From positions 1 through 31,791 of the IMG/VR virus record IMGVR_UViG_3300020403_001435: a DNA stretch of 31,791 nt. The stretch is one strand, 5' to 3'. Below the pieces are notes generated by a model. It ran no database searches. It saw only the letters and a program-made list of their open reading frames with translations, and was not told where the DNA came from. The position numbers and the translations under genes are program-made. Numbering within the stretch: position 1 is the stretch's first letter; every line of letters starts with the position of its first letter. Below are positions 16,764 to 25,671 of the stretch, in pieces. This stretch comes from a virus. Its lineage: Duplodnaviria; Caudoviricetes.

Positions 16764-19433
16764 TTATTCAAAGGAGAATAAGTCGTCGAATGTGTTTGCT
16801 GTATTAGTTGCACTTTGCAAGTCCCAATCCAATACATCAAGTAAGTTTCCTATTTTCTGATCAACAATAGCATTACTCATTGCTTCATCATCAAAGGGTA
16901 AGTCTTTGAACCACTGTGGCAAATGTGTCTGATCAATAGGATAACCTACACTTGTATATCCTAGTGGATTAGGTTTTAGTTTACAAACAATAGTTTTAGC
17001 ACCATCTACAATGCTCATGCTGTATTTGTCACTGTTCATCTTACACAGATTGTTCCAGTTCATTGCCGCACGTACATGTCCTGGCATGTTTGCTTTGCCA
17101 AGACGCTTCTCTTCATTTGTAAACTTTGTTAAGTTGTTAACACGCTTGGGTGTGCCTTTTTCCCAGCCAGGACGTTCCTTAAATGCATACTTAAACTCCT
17201 TAATCTTTTCAACAACAAAATCTTTTTCCTTGCCTGTAAGCACATCAAGTAGTAGTTCACTTAGGAAGTCCTGCATAAAGCGAGGAGTATCACTGCGTTT
17301 AAGATCAAGACCCATTGCTTTTACTTTTCCAGGCTTGCCATCCATGTCTAAACGGAAACCTTCAAGATCATATATAAGTGCCGCATAACGCTTCTTTGTA
17401 ATGTACAAGCCTTTACTTGCTACTATCTCGCGGCCGCCCTTAATTATTTCTCCGTTCTCACGTGGTGCATGAAATGCACGTTCCATAAACACAGGAAACT
17501 CTTCATTAACTTTGTCAGCAATGCTGTCATACAATCTAGTTGCAATATCCTTGCCCCATTCTGCACGTCCTGAACTTACTTCTTCTTGCATAACAGGCCA
17601 TGCACTGAAATATACACTATCAGTATCGCCATATATAATACAGTCGCCTGTGTGTTCTTCCTTACCTGTAAGTATACCATTAACAGTTTCAGCCATGCGT
17701 TTTGTTATACAGCGTCCTGTAAGCGTTGTGCTTTGTCCTATACGAAAGTCATAGAATCTACAACCTGGATTGAGGATAGCACCATACAAACTATTCAAGT
17801 TAATCTTTTTAACTAACTGCCGCTTGTCCCAGTATTCAACTTCATCTGCTGTACCATTATCCTTAACACGCTTTAGTTCTTTTTGCATGTCTTTACGTTC
17901 TGAATACCAGCGTTCAAGTAGGCCAGGCACAACACCCTTGCGTTCATATGTAAAGATAGTACCATTAGCACTTAGTGTCCAGGGCTGGTTACTATCGAAT
18001 ACTAGTCGCCATACATCATGTGCGCTTAGTGTATCACTGTCACCATTTTCCCAGTCAATAGTAATTTCTGTGCCACGTTCCATAGCCATTACTGCTTGAT
18101 ATTCTCGACTGCCGAACTCGCCTTCCCACGCCTGTGCAAAACTTGTGCCAGTTGCAGTCTTTTCACGTAGCATATTTTCAGTCATTGTTTGACGTAGTTG
18201 TCCAACTACAGTTTCTGGACCCATGTTTAGCGCACGAATAACACTAGGATATAGACTGTTGATGTCAATAGCACCTATCCAGTCATGCATTCCTTTCTTA
18301 GGATATGCAACGTAAGCACCTGCGGCAACTGTCTTAGGACCATCATCTCTACTTTTGCGGTTAGGCACAACCATGCCACGTGCATGTGCGTCATTAATAA
18401 TTGCTTGTTCTGTCACAGCAACCGCACCCATTGTTGTCATTATTAGCACAGTATTTTCATGTGCAAGTACATTTGCCAAATCAATGAAGCGTAGTTTTTT
18501 GTCCAGTTTGTTTAGCAGTAAAACGTCCTGCCTATTGTATTCAATAAACTTTTCAAAGTCCTGATTATACAACTGATCCAGTGTGCCTTCATAGGGTGTT
18601 TTACGTTCATCTAGTTCATATTCACCAATAGCATCCAGACTATAACTGTGACGTTCTTCATATGTATACTTGCGATACAATTGCATGTAGTCCAAATGTA
18701 CACGCCCTACTAGATCAAATGTTGATTCTTCTTTTCCGAACCTATCAAATGTACGCTTCCGAGGCTGTTGTCCGAACAAACAGAAACGCCTCAAGTCCTC
18801 TTTACTTAGTACACGAGTAATTCTGTTGAATGTATAGGGAATATCATATCCTTCACTGTTCCAACCGCTGAGGATATCTGCATCATCTATTAAGTCAATG
18901 AATGTGTTTAACAGTTCACCTTCATCAGTAAACAGAAATGTATTATCAAAACCTTTACATAGATCCTTTGCAGTTTCCATTGTCATACCCTTGGGAGGCA
19001 TAGCAAGTGTAACTAGTTGTTCTACCCAGTCCAGATATACAGTAATAGCAGTGATTGCATTGAAAGGATCTTCTGTAGGCGAATATCCACGTTCACTATC
19101 AAAGTCTACTTCAATATCGAAAAATGCTGTTTGTAGTTTAGGTGCTTCTGCACCAAGATAGTTCTCTTCCAAACAACGAAATACAGGATTAATATCGCTT
19201 TCATATAGTTTTTTACCGCTTTGTATTTTTAGTTCCTTGTGAAACTCTTTGCTGTTTCGTGTAGCAAAACGGCTTACTGGTGTATCGAAAATTGTTTTGA
19301 ACTTGCCACGTGGATCATCATAATAGAAAACATAGTTCGCAGGAAATTCGCGATACTCACGTTTTCCGTTTACACGTTCCACAACGTGTATGCGATCATG
19401 TTCTCTATCAAACCAAGCGTCTACAAAACTCAT
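16764..19433 (-). CDS. family B DNA polymerase (T4 gp43-like)
   Basis: Exonuclease motifs FDIEVD, GWNSEGYDIPY, YNRQD; polymerase motifs DINSLYP, KKINLNSLYG, YGDTDS, KKRY. Confidence 0.97.
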   Translation of the reverse strand: MSFVDAWFDREHDRIHVVERVNGKREYREFPANYVFYYDDPRGKFKTIFDTPVSRFATRNSKEFHKELKIQSGKKLYESDINPVFRCLEENYLGAEAPKLQTAFFDIEVDFDSERGYSPTEDPFNAITAITVYLDWVEQLVTLAMPPKGMTMETAKDLCKGFDNTFLFTDEGELLNTFIDLIDDADILSGWNSEGYDIPYTFNRITRVLSKEDLRRFCLFGQQPRKRTFDRFGKEESTFDLVGRVHLDYMQLYRKYTYEERHSYSLDAIGEYELDERKTPYEGTLDQLYNQDFEKFIEYNRQDVLLLNKLDKKLRFIDLANVLAHENTVLIMTTMGAVAVTEQAIINDAHARGMVVPNRKSRDDGPKTVAAGAYVAYPKKGMHDWIGAIDINSLYPSVIRALNMGPETVVGQLRQTMTENMLREKTATGTSFAQAWEGEFGSREYQAVMAMERGTEITIDWENGDSDTLSAHDVWRLVFDSNQPWTLSANGTIFTYERKGVVPGLLERWYSERKDMQKELKRVKDNGTADEVEYWDKRQLVKKINLNSLYGAILNPGCRFYDFRIGQSTTLTGRCITKRMAETVNGILTGKEEHTGDCIIYGDTDSVYFSAWPVMQEEVSSGRAEWGKDIATRLYDSIADKVNEEFPVFMERAFHAPRENGEIIKGGREIVASKGLYITKKRYAALIYDLEGFRLDMDGKPGKVKAMGLDLKRSDTPRFMQDFLSELLLDVLTGKEKDFVVEKIKEFKYAFKERPGWEKGTPKRVNNLTKFTNEEKRLGKANMPGHVRAAMNWNNLCKMNSDKYSMSIVDGAKTIVCKLKPNPLGYTSVGYPIDQTHLPQWFKDLPFDDEAMSNAIVDQKIGNLLDVLDWDLQSATNTANTFDDLFSFE

Positions 19434-19690
19434 GTTCTACCTCTGTACCATTTATATAGTCCCCAGACACTCATTGTTGCCCAGAAGATCTCTAGTGTTA
19501 TATTAGCAAGAACTGGCTTGTAATACAAGTTTATTCCTAACAGTATTGCAACTAAAAGGTTGTAAAAACTATACCAAAATCCTTTTGGATCTATTCTATC
19601 TGTTTGTAACAAGAAGTATGTAAACACAAGCAGGAACATTCCCGATTGTCCTACAAAATCACTCCAGTGTAGTGTATAATAATCTACCAT
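19430..19690 (-). CDS. small 3-TM membrane protein (CBU_0592-like)
   Basis: Three hydrophobic segments, YFLLQ..RI and LEIFW motifs; start moved to MVDYY at 19690. Confidence 0.6.
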   Translation of the reverse strand: MVDYYTLHWSDFVGQSGMFLLVFTYFLLQTDRIDPKGFWYSFYNLLVAILLGINLYYKPVLANITLEIFWATMSVWGLYKWYRGRT

Positions 19691-19965
19691 ATACCTGCTG
19701 CTACTCCGTATCCAAACACATTTATACACGCAAAGTAGAAAGTAAGTAGCATTATCCACGCCGCTCCTCTACGCCAACTTGCGTACAGTTGCGTTATGCT
19801 ACCCACAAAGAATCCTGGATATACAAGTAACATATTTGGATTGTCTGCATTGATAGCAAGAATTAGACTAGCGCCTACTGTGAACACAAAACTAATTAGT
19901 TCAAATAGAAATGCTACTCTATCGCTTGTGTAACTTTTAATCCAGAATTGTTTAACTGATTGCAC
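19684..19965 (-). CDS. small 3-TM membrane protein
   Basis: Three hydrophobic segments in 93 aa; GTG start directly after the upstream stop. Confidence 0.65.
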   Translation of the reverse strand: MQSVKQFWIKSYTSDRVAFLFELISFVFTVGASLILAINADNPNMLLVYPGFFVGSITQLYASWRRGAAWIMLLTFYFACINVFGYGVAAGIW

Positions 19966-20223
19966 TTATATCTTGCCTATTGTAGCAAGGATATTTTCAA
20001 GTTCTGTATAATCATCAGTAACTTTTTCGAAGTCTGCTTTGTATGCTGTGCGCATTGCTTTCTTTAGTACAGTGGGTTTGATCTGCATTTCTTCTGCTAC
20101 TGCTTTAATTGTATCAGTTAAACCAGCATTAAGATCATCAACTTCCTGCATTACAGTAAGGCCTTCATTGACTAGTTGTGTTAGTTTTGCTTTCTCTTCG
20201 CTTGAGAATACTCGATCACTCAT
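19966..20223 (-). CDS. small dsDNA-binding protein (T4 DsbA/GapR-like)
   Basis: 85-aa helical protein with IKAVAEEMQIKPTVLKKAMR pattern; strong AAAGGAG ribosome-binding site. Confidence 0.55.
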   Translation of the reverse strand: MSDRVFSSEEKAKLTQLVNEGLTVMQEVDDLNAGLTDTIKAVAEEMQIKPTVLKKAMRTAYKADFEKVTDDYTELENILATIGKI

Positions 20224-21098
20224 GTGATTGCTCCTTTATTTTCTTCTATATAATACGGTAGTTTTGTCTTAATGTCAACATTTTTGTAATGATCTATGAA
20301 ATTATCTTTGTCTTTTGCGCTTGGACAGATACGACATATACTGTGCGGCTTACCAAAGTTGTCTGCAAAGGCCTGCATATTGTCACCAGGATTGTGATCA
20401 TGTCCTAGTGCTGGTAACCAGTCATCGTAATTAGGACGATCAAATCTTTCCAAAAGATCTTCAATGTGTGCAAGATGTCCGCACTTGTATATTTTACCCA
20501 TATACAATAACGGGCAACGCTGTTGGCAACATTCCTTAAATGCCTCTGCAGGATTATTGTTAAAAGGAGCCATGTTTTCATAATCGCCTTTAAACATTAT
20601 CATAAATGTTTCAGGCTTAGTAATCTGAAAACGAAAATCTGTACCACGTTCACGCCAACGTGTAATACCAAACTCTGTCACTTGCTCCCAATCGAAAGTA
20701 TTGAATATCCAATCAATAGCATCCTGCAGTGCAGGTGTGCTTACATGTTGTGTAATCTTAAACACTGAATTGCCATGCTTGCGTAGTGCATGAAATACAT
20801 TCCAGTTCTTTTGTAATAGTGTACCATTTGTAACAAAACGCTGTTGACTATGTGGCAGCATTTCACTTACACCTTCAATCCATTCTTGTATGTTAGGATT
20901 TAGTAGTGGTTCACCTCCCATATAACCTATAGCAGGAAGTTCAACATGTTCTAGCCATGGCTCTAACCAACTACGTCCCTCTGCCCATGTATGATATCCG
21001 CTCCATTTTAAATCGCTAAATGTTGTACAACCTTTACAACTAAGGTTGCATGCACGATTCACTTGCATTTCTAAAAATGGAATAACAGGTTTAGACAT
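20220..21098 (-). CDS. radical SAM protein with Cys-containing C-terminal extension
   Basis: CNLSCKGC (CxxxCxxC), GGEPLL, TNGTLL; C-terminal CCQQRC..KC..CRIC. Confidence 0.88.
   Translation of the reverse strand: MSKPVIPFLEMQVNRACNLSCKGCTTFSDLKWSGYHTWAEGRSWLEPWLEHVELPAIGYMGGEPLLNPNIQEWIEGVSEMLPHSQQRFVTNGTLLQKNWNVFHALRKHGNSVFKITQHVSTPALQDAIDWIFNTFDWEQVTEFGITRWRERGTDFRFQITKPETFMIMFKGDYENMAPFNNNPAEAFKECCQQRCPLLYMGKIYKCGHLAHIEDLLERFDRPNYDDWLPALGHDHNPGDNMQAFADNFGKPHSICRICPSAKDKDNFIDHYKNVDIKTKLPYYIEENKGAIT
20250..20278 (-). promoter_or_regulatory. sigma70-like promoter for the DsbA-like / DNA polymerase unit
   Basis: TTGACA (20278-20273), 17 nt, TATTAT (20255-20250), embedded in the 3' end of the radical SAM gene. 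Confidence 0.6.
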
Positions 21099-21104
21099 TC
21101 GTCT

Positions 21105-21133
21105 ATTATACTATATGTGCTGGTGTATTTCAA
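21105..21133 (-). promoter_or_regulatory. sigma70-like promoter, probably giving a leaderless mRNA
   Basis: TTGAAA (21133-21128), 17 nt, TATAAT (21110-21105), then only 6 nt before the ATG at 21098. Confidence 0.55.
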
Positions 21134-21386
21134 CAACTAAATTACTTGTACCTTTGATTAGTCTGTGATACACTGCTTCAGGAATAAAATACTCTCTGCC
21201 AGGCACAAGCGCCATAGGCAACCTATTGTCTATTTGTAGACTCCAACCCTCACCTTCTAACACACGAACTGTACGATCTTCAGCGTCTCGATGCCAGCAC
21301 AAATCACTGTTATCTGCGTCTTCTGTAAATGTTCTGTGTTTAATGTTAGGTGCGACTTGTGTTTCCTGGTAGGGTTTTACCACCAT
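21111..21386 (-). CDS. small cupin-fold protein
   Basis: WHRDAEDR..VLEGEG and IPEAVYHRLIKG cupin motifs; start moved to MVVKPY at 21386. Confidence 0.65.
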   Translation of the reverse strand: MVVKPYQETQVAPNIKHRTFTEDADNSDLCWHRDAEDRTVRVLEGEGWSLQIDNRLPMALVPGREYFIPEAVYHRLIKGTSNLVVEIHQHI

Positions 21387-22321
21387 TGTCCGCCCTTGAC
21401 TCCTAGTGCTTTGTAGCGTGGGGTGCGACACGCCCAATAGCCTGCTTTTGTTTTGTCGTTCTTTTGTTTACATTTATGTCTTGCAACAAACGATTTTACT
21501 GCACCTGGATTTTTTGCTTTAGTGCTAAGTCCTGTAGTATCGCCCCATGAAACTTTGATGACATTACCCTTCTTGTTCTTCACGTATACATAATACTTCT
21601 TAGGGCCGCCACGCTTTGGTGAATTTAGTTTTACTTTACGTCCACGATACTCTGCTTCTTCAAGTTCTTCAGTTTCTTCAATAGGAACATCTAATGGTAC
21701 ACGTTCACCTTCCACCATAATACATTCACCTATATCAGTAGTAAGCATCTCTTCGTCAAACCAGTCAAGTTGTAAGTGTTCCTGGACTGCACGTACTTGA
21801 CGATAAAACTCAGTAAATGCTTCACTTCCTGGGCGGAACATACATTCTGTAAACGGAACACCTTTTGCAACATGCTCACGAATAGCGTTTTGTACATCCT
21901 TAAACGTACTTTGTGTTAAACTTATTTTTTTATTATTGCCTAACGTATAACTGATTTTATTTTGTTTTGAACCATCATAGCGTTGTTTGTTTTGAACACT
22001 AAAACCAGCCATCTTACCCCCAACCGTTTTAGTAAAACCAGTTTCAGGACTACCTTTTACATCAATTGAAGCACCGCTTCCTGTCTTGTATGTTGCTTGT
22101 TGATAACCAGGAGTAGAATCGGGTCTGAATGTTTGTTTTGCTTGCAATCCGCCTACTTTCGGTGTTTGCACACTGCGCATAACACCACTGCGATCTTTAG
22201 TAACTGTGCCCATGTCACTGCGTGTCGTTACTCTGTTTGCTGGTTTGTTAACAGTAGTAGTAACACCTTGTGGGGTAGTGGTAGTAGTTGGTTGCTCTAG
22301 AATAAAATCGTTTGCTCTCAT
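21377..22321 (-). CDS. putative virion internal protein with C-terminal basic module
   Basis: N-terminus MRANDFILE; acidic EETEELEE linker followed by a Lys-rich domain (SFVARHKC...AGYWAC). Confidence 0.6.
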   Translation of the reverse strand: MRANDFILEQPTTTTTPQGVTTTVNKPANRVTTRSDMGTVTKDRSGVMRSVQTPKVGGLQAKQTFRPDSTPGYQQATYKTGSGASIDVKGSPETGFTKTVGGKMAGFSVQNKQRYDGSKQNKISYTLGNNKKISLTQSTFKDVQNAIREHVAKGVPFTECMFRPGSEAFTEFYRQVRAVQEHLQLDWFDEEMLTTDIGECIMVEGERVPLDVPIEETEELEEAEYRGRKVKLNSPKRGGPKKYYVYVKNKKGNVIKVSWGDTTGLSTKAKNPGAVKSFVARHKCKQKNDKTKAGYWACRTPRYKALGVKGGQWW

Positions 22322-22611
22322 TACTTGTTACTTACGTTCTTTGCTTTACCCCTACGATTCTTTTTAGGGTCTTTTCTGCGTTTTCTTCTTACTGCTCTAG
22401 CAATTGCTTCTTTACCGCCACTTGCTCTAAGGCTTGCTGCTTTTGCTTTTGATAAACATTTTGGTTTGCCCTCGCCAGGCTTCCTGTCTCCACACTTGCC
22501 TATACGATTGCCTTTTGTGTCGTAGCGATCCCAGCCGCCACCACCTGCGCCGCCTTTTTTGCCTTTGCCGAACCATGCTCTCAGATCTTCATCTAGTTCA
22601 ACTAACAGCAT
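22321..22611 (-). CDS. putative small basic virion internal protein
   Basis: MLLVELDE leader followed by a highly Lys/Arg/Gly-rich body with two Cys. Confidence 0.6.
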   Translation of the reverse strand: MLLVELDEDLRAWFGKGKKGGAGGGGWDRYDTKGNRIGKCGDRKPGEGKPKCLSKAKAASLRASGGKEAIARAVRRKRRKDPKKNRRGKAKNVSNK

Positions 22612-23438
22612 TATTTTTTCTTCTTACTTTTTCCCCAGTTAGCGGCACCAACTTTGCGGCACTTAACTAGTGCGCCTGATGCATATGCACTGGGCCATAC
22701 TTTATAGCGTGATTTTACTTTGTGATAGCAAGCGTCTTTCTTCTCTGCTAGTACGTCAAACTCTTCTTCAGTAATTGCTTGTGGTTCTGAGCTTTCTTCT
22801 GAACCCATGCCTTCTTTAATTGCACTTTTGTACATACTTACTGCTTTGGCAAAGTTTTCATCTGTCATTAAACGTTTTGTTTCAGCGTTATCCGGATTGT
22901 CTACCGCCATACGTACACTGTCATCATCCACATTATTTTCTTTTGCAAAGTCTCTGTATGCTTGCATCTTTTTAGCATCTATTTCACGAGCTTCATTTGC
23001 TTTGAACAAGTCAAGTTGTTTTGGAATCTCTATAGTTTTAGGTTTTTGTTTCTCGGCCTTTTTATCTTGTAATTTTGCTAGGGCACGGAACATTGCATCG
23101 TTGCGTAGACTTGCAGTACTCTTATATTCTTCTATCTCTTCTTCAGTAATACTTTCGTTTGCATTTGTAAGTGCATCCATTGCACGTTTCATCATTGCAA
23201 CATTTTGATCAACTGAAAAACGTAAATCATTATCAGCACTCTTTGCAGCAAGTTCGTTCTTGGTAAGTGCAGTTAACTTCATAGCCTGTTCCATCTTATC
23301 GCCTCTGCCCATTTGGACATCACGAACAACAGATAAAATTTCATCCTGTATTTTCTTACGTTCAGGTGAAAAGTTCTTTTCAATCATATCTATTGTTTTG
23401 TTTAAGGCTTCGTTCTCTCTGAACTGACTAAAACGCAT
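22611..23438 (-). CDS. putative virion internal protein with C-terminal basic module
   Basis: MRFSQFRENE leader; several hydrophobic-X-E linkers; C-terminal KKDACYHKVKSRYKVWPSAYASGALVKCRK module. Confidence 0.6.
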   Translation of the reverse strand: MRFSQFRENEALNKTIDMIEKNFSPERKKIQDEILSVVRDVQMGRGDKMEQAMKLTALTKNELAAKSADNDLRFSVDQNVAMMKRAMDALTNANESITEEEIEEYKSTASLRNDAMFRALAKLQDKKAEKQKPKTIEIPKQLDLFKANEAREIDAKKMQAYRDFAKENNVDDDSVRMAVDNPDNAETKRLMTDENFAKAVSMYKSAIKEGMGSEESSEPQAITEEEFDVLAEKKDACYHKVKSRYKVWPSAYASGALVKCRKVGAANWGKSKKKK

Positions 23439-23441
23439 TGC

Positions 23442-23966
23442 TTACTCCTCGGGCATTTGTTCTGGTGTTGAACCTAATGCATCCATGTGTGACTCATCAC
23501 ACTTCATATATGCAACTTTTAGTGCTTCACGCATGTCTGCAAGTGCTGCTGGATCACCACCTGCTTGTGCAATCTTCTTTTCAAGCATGCCACCTTCACG
23601 CACCATGTTTTCCATTGTTTCAATTGTTGCAGACATCTTTTTAAAAGCACGATCACAGTATTCATATTCTGCTGTGCCTTCGTCAATCATTGATTTCATT
23701 TCATCAACTTCAGCACCTAGGGCACGTTCTGCTTTCATAAACTTAGCAAAACGATCCTGCATTGTTTCTTCAACTTCTTCTTCTTTTGCTTCAGCAACTG
23801 GTGTGTAAGGATTAGCATCCTGGATCTCATTAAATTTGTTTAACAAACTTTTTGTCTCAGTGATCTCTTGACGCTTTGTTACGGTTTCTTCGCTAGGAGT
23901 AACATCAACTTTTTCGTCATTGTTAATAGCGTTTAATTTTTGTACTAGTGATGCAAAGTCTGACAT
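23442..23966 (-). CDS. hypothetical acidic helical protein (possible prohead core/internal protein)
   Basis: 174-aa Glu/Met-rich ORF coupled to neighbours; ITE, VAE, VEE, IDE motifs. Confidence 0.6.
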   Translation of the reverse strand: MSDFASLVQKLNAINNDEKVDVTPSEETVTKRQEITETKSLLNKFNEIQDANPYTPVAEAKEEEVEETMQDRFAKFMKAERALGAEVDEMKSMIDEGTAEYEYCDRAFKKMSATIETMENMVREGGMLEKKIAQAGGDPAALADMREALKVAYMKCDESHMDALGSTPEQMPEE

Positions 23967-24886
23967 TATTTTTTACCCCATTCTGAAAATTTACTGTCGC
24001 CCATCATTGCTTTCTGATTTGCTTTTGCTGTAGCAATACTGTGTGCCATGTTAGGTATCTTTGTAGTATCCTGTGCCATACTACGTGGACGTGGTTTAGG
24101 AAGTGCCATTTGGTTTGCAGCTTTCTGTTTCGTTACTGCGCTTACTGCTGGGCCTTTTTCTGATTTATCATCTTTTGGCAGTTTAGCAATAATGTCACCA
24201 ATTACATCTTTGCTTGATTTGCTTCCCATGGTTCCCATGGTTCCCATGCTTTGCTTTTTGCCTGTGCCTGCTTTTCCTAACTTAGCAATAATGTTACCAA
24301 TAACATCTTCGTCCTCTTCAATTTCTTCTACTTCTTCTTTTGCAACAGCGATGTCGTGATCACCATCGCCATCAAGATCAACTAGCATCCAGTTTTCCTG
24401 CATGTGGTTCATACTGTCATACTCACAATCTGTAGTAGGCTGTCCTAACATATCACCACACACTTTACACTTTAGTGAACAAGGACCACTGTTCATCATG
24501 CCTTCTTCAATACTTTCGTGTACTTCCTCAATAGGCTCTTCACTTTCAGGCATTGTCATAGCGTCTGTCATATCACCAGCAACAGGAACAACTGCTAGTT
24601 CTACATCTTGCATCTTTTGACCTTCCATGTAATGTTTTACACTGCCCAAGTAATCTGCGGCTTTGGTAATTTTACTTGCTACCCAACCTTCAATACCGTC
24701 CATTTCACTGTGATCTTTTAGCATTTTGTGAATGCTTACAGCATACTTTGCACTCTTGTATAGATCTGAACGTGCCATTTGCACTTCATGATCTTTTTCA
24801 GCCTCGTGTGCCATGTCACCCAAGCCTTCGTTAAGTTGTTCTTTCTCAACGTTTAGTTCTTCTAGTTTAGTAATAATATCACGCAT
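23966..24886 (-). CDS. hypothetical modular protein (possible prohead core/internal protein)
   Basis: DHEVQMARSDLYK helical module, acidic linkers (LNE, IEE, VHE), CKVC and DLDGDGDHD motifs, internal repeat. Confidence 0.65.
   Translation of the reverse strand: MRDIITKLEELNVEKEQLNEGLGDMAHEAEKDHEVQMARSDLYKSAKYAVSIHKMLKDHSEMDGIEGWVASKITKAADYLGSVKHYMEGQKMQDVELAVVPVAGDMTDAMTMPESEEPIEEVHESIEEGMMNSGPCSLKCKVCGDMLGQPTTDCEYDSMNHMQENWMLVDLDGDGDHDIAVAKEEVEEIEEDEDVIGNIIAKLGKAGTGKKQSMGTMGTMGSKSSKDVIGDIIAKLPKDDKSEKGPAVSAVTKQKAANQMALPKPRPRSMAQDTTKIPNMAHSIATAKANQKAMMGDSKFSEWGKK
24183..24309. repeat. 28-bp direct repeat flanking a 9-bp tandem repeat
   Basis: 24183-24210 and 24282-24309 are 26/28 identical (DVIG[N/D]IIAK); TTCCCATGG occurs about three times at 24223-24248 (MGT-MGT-MGS). 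Confidence 0.85.
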
Positions 24887-24914
24887 TGTTCTGTTCCTGT
24901 AATTGTGTGTGTGA

Positions 24915-24921
24915 GTATTTA
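24915..24921 (-). promoter_or_regulatory. late-promoter-like motif TAAATAC
   Basis: GATAAATAC on the minus strand about 30 nt upstream of the 24886 start. Confidence 0.5.
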
Positions 24922-25119
24922 TCGTTTTATTATAGGTTGGTTATAAACAGAGTCTTTAATTTTCTTTTTGCGTTTTTTATTTACAGTGTATCCAAAAGGA
25001 TCTACTGCTTGACGCTGTTGTTTTTTAGTAGTGCCTGGTGTCATAGGGAAACTTACAGCAGCAAAGTTTCCACTTCCAATACTAGTGGCATCTTCTTTAA
25101 CTATTTCTGTAATTTTCAT
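24919..25119 (-). CDS. small basic protein with capsid-targeting-like leader
   Basis: Start moved to MKITEIVKE at 25119, preceded by AGGAG; Lys-rich C-terminus. Confidence 0.6.
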   Translation of the reverse strand: MKITEIVKEDATSIGSGNFAAVSFPMTPGTTKKQQRQAVDPFGYTVNKKRKKKIKDSVYNQPIIKR

Positions 25120-25375
25120 ATGGTTTCTCCTGCCAGTGTGTTTCTTCAATCCAAACTTTATGTTTAATTGTACCGGGTACATTTTCTATTTTTACATCGT
25201 AATCATCACGATCTTCAATTTCCAAATACAACATATTCCAGCATTCATTAATTGTTTCGTTTGACTCATAACCTTTAGGACATGTATAAAAGCGTTCAGT
25301 CATAAGTTCATCATTGATATACACTCTATATGCTGTGTCGTTCTTTTCACTTTTAATTTTTGCTCTTATAAACAT
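25097..25375 (-). CDS. hypothetical phage protein
   Basis: 92-aa ORF, TAATG-coupled to the upstream gene; YRVYINDELMTER. Confidence 0.65.
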   Translation of the reverse strand: MFIRAKIKSEKNDTAYRVYINDELMTERFYTCPKGYESNETINECWNMLYLEIEDRDDYDVKIENVPGTIKHKVWIEETHWQEKPYENYRNS

Positions 25376-25671
25376 TAGTCCCTCATGTTAAATGCAAAAC
25401 TTACTTGCCTTGCTAGTTGTATTCCTCTGTCTCTAACAGACTTTTTATCGCTCTTTTTCATTTTATTTGCCTTAGCACGTAAACGTTTTAAATCTGTCTT
25501 GCTAAGTTTTTCACCGGCGCCTTTGCCCAAATAACTTGCGGCCTTTCTTTTTAAACTTCCGGGACGGCTGCCTGGTTTGCTTGTTCTTTCTGCTACATAA
25601 TCCTCAGTTAGGTTCTGCAGTTCCTCCATCAGATTGTGTATTTGTTGGTTTTGTGGCTGATCGTTTTTCAT
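25375..25671 (-). CDS. small basic protein with acidic N-terminus
   Basis: LMEELQNLTEDYVAE followed by a Lys/Arg-rich body (KPGSRPGSLKRK); start uncertain because it overlaps the upstream gene. Confidence 0.6.
   Translation of the reverse strand: MKNDQPQNQQIHNLMEELQNLTEDYVAERTSKPGSRPGSLKRKAASYLGKGAGEKLSKTDLKRLRAKANKMKKSDKKSVRDRGIQLARQVSFAFNMRD

Noticed and set aside
16764-19433. Intein or intron in the DNA polymerase
   Set aside because: Single 889-aa ORF with normally spaced motifs and no splice-junction signatures
20220-21098. Assignment of this radical SAM as QueE
   Set aside because: It lacks the QueE-type N-terminal SIQGEG/FVR.GC context, has extra C-terminal Cys, and is not adjacent to the folE/QueD-like genes
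24183-24309. CRISPR-like array from the 28-bp direct repeat
   Set aside because: Only two copies, 71 nt between them, in frame within a coding sequence, and no cas genes
24904-24913. TG dinucleotide run in an intergenic gap
   Set aside because: Too short to be distinguished from chance
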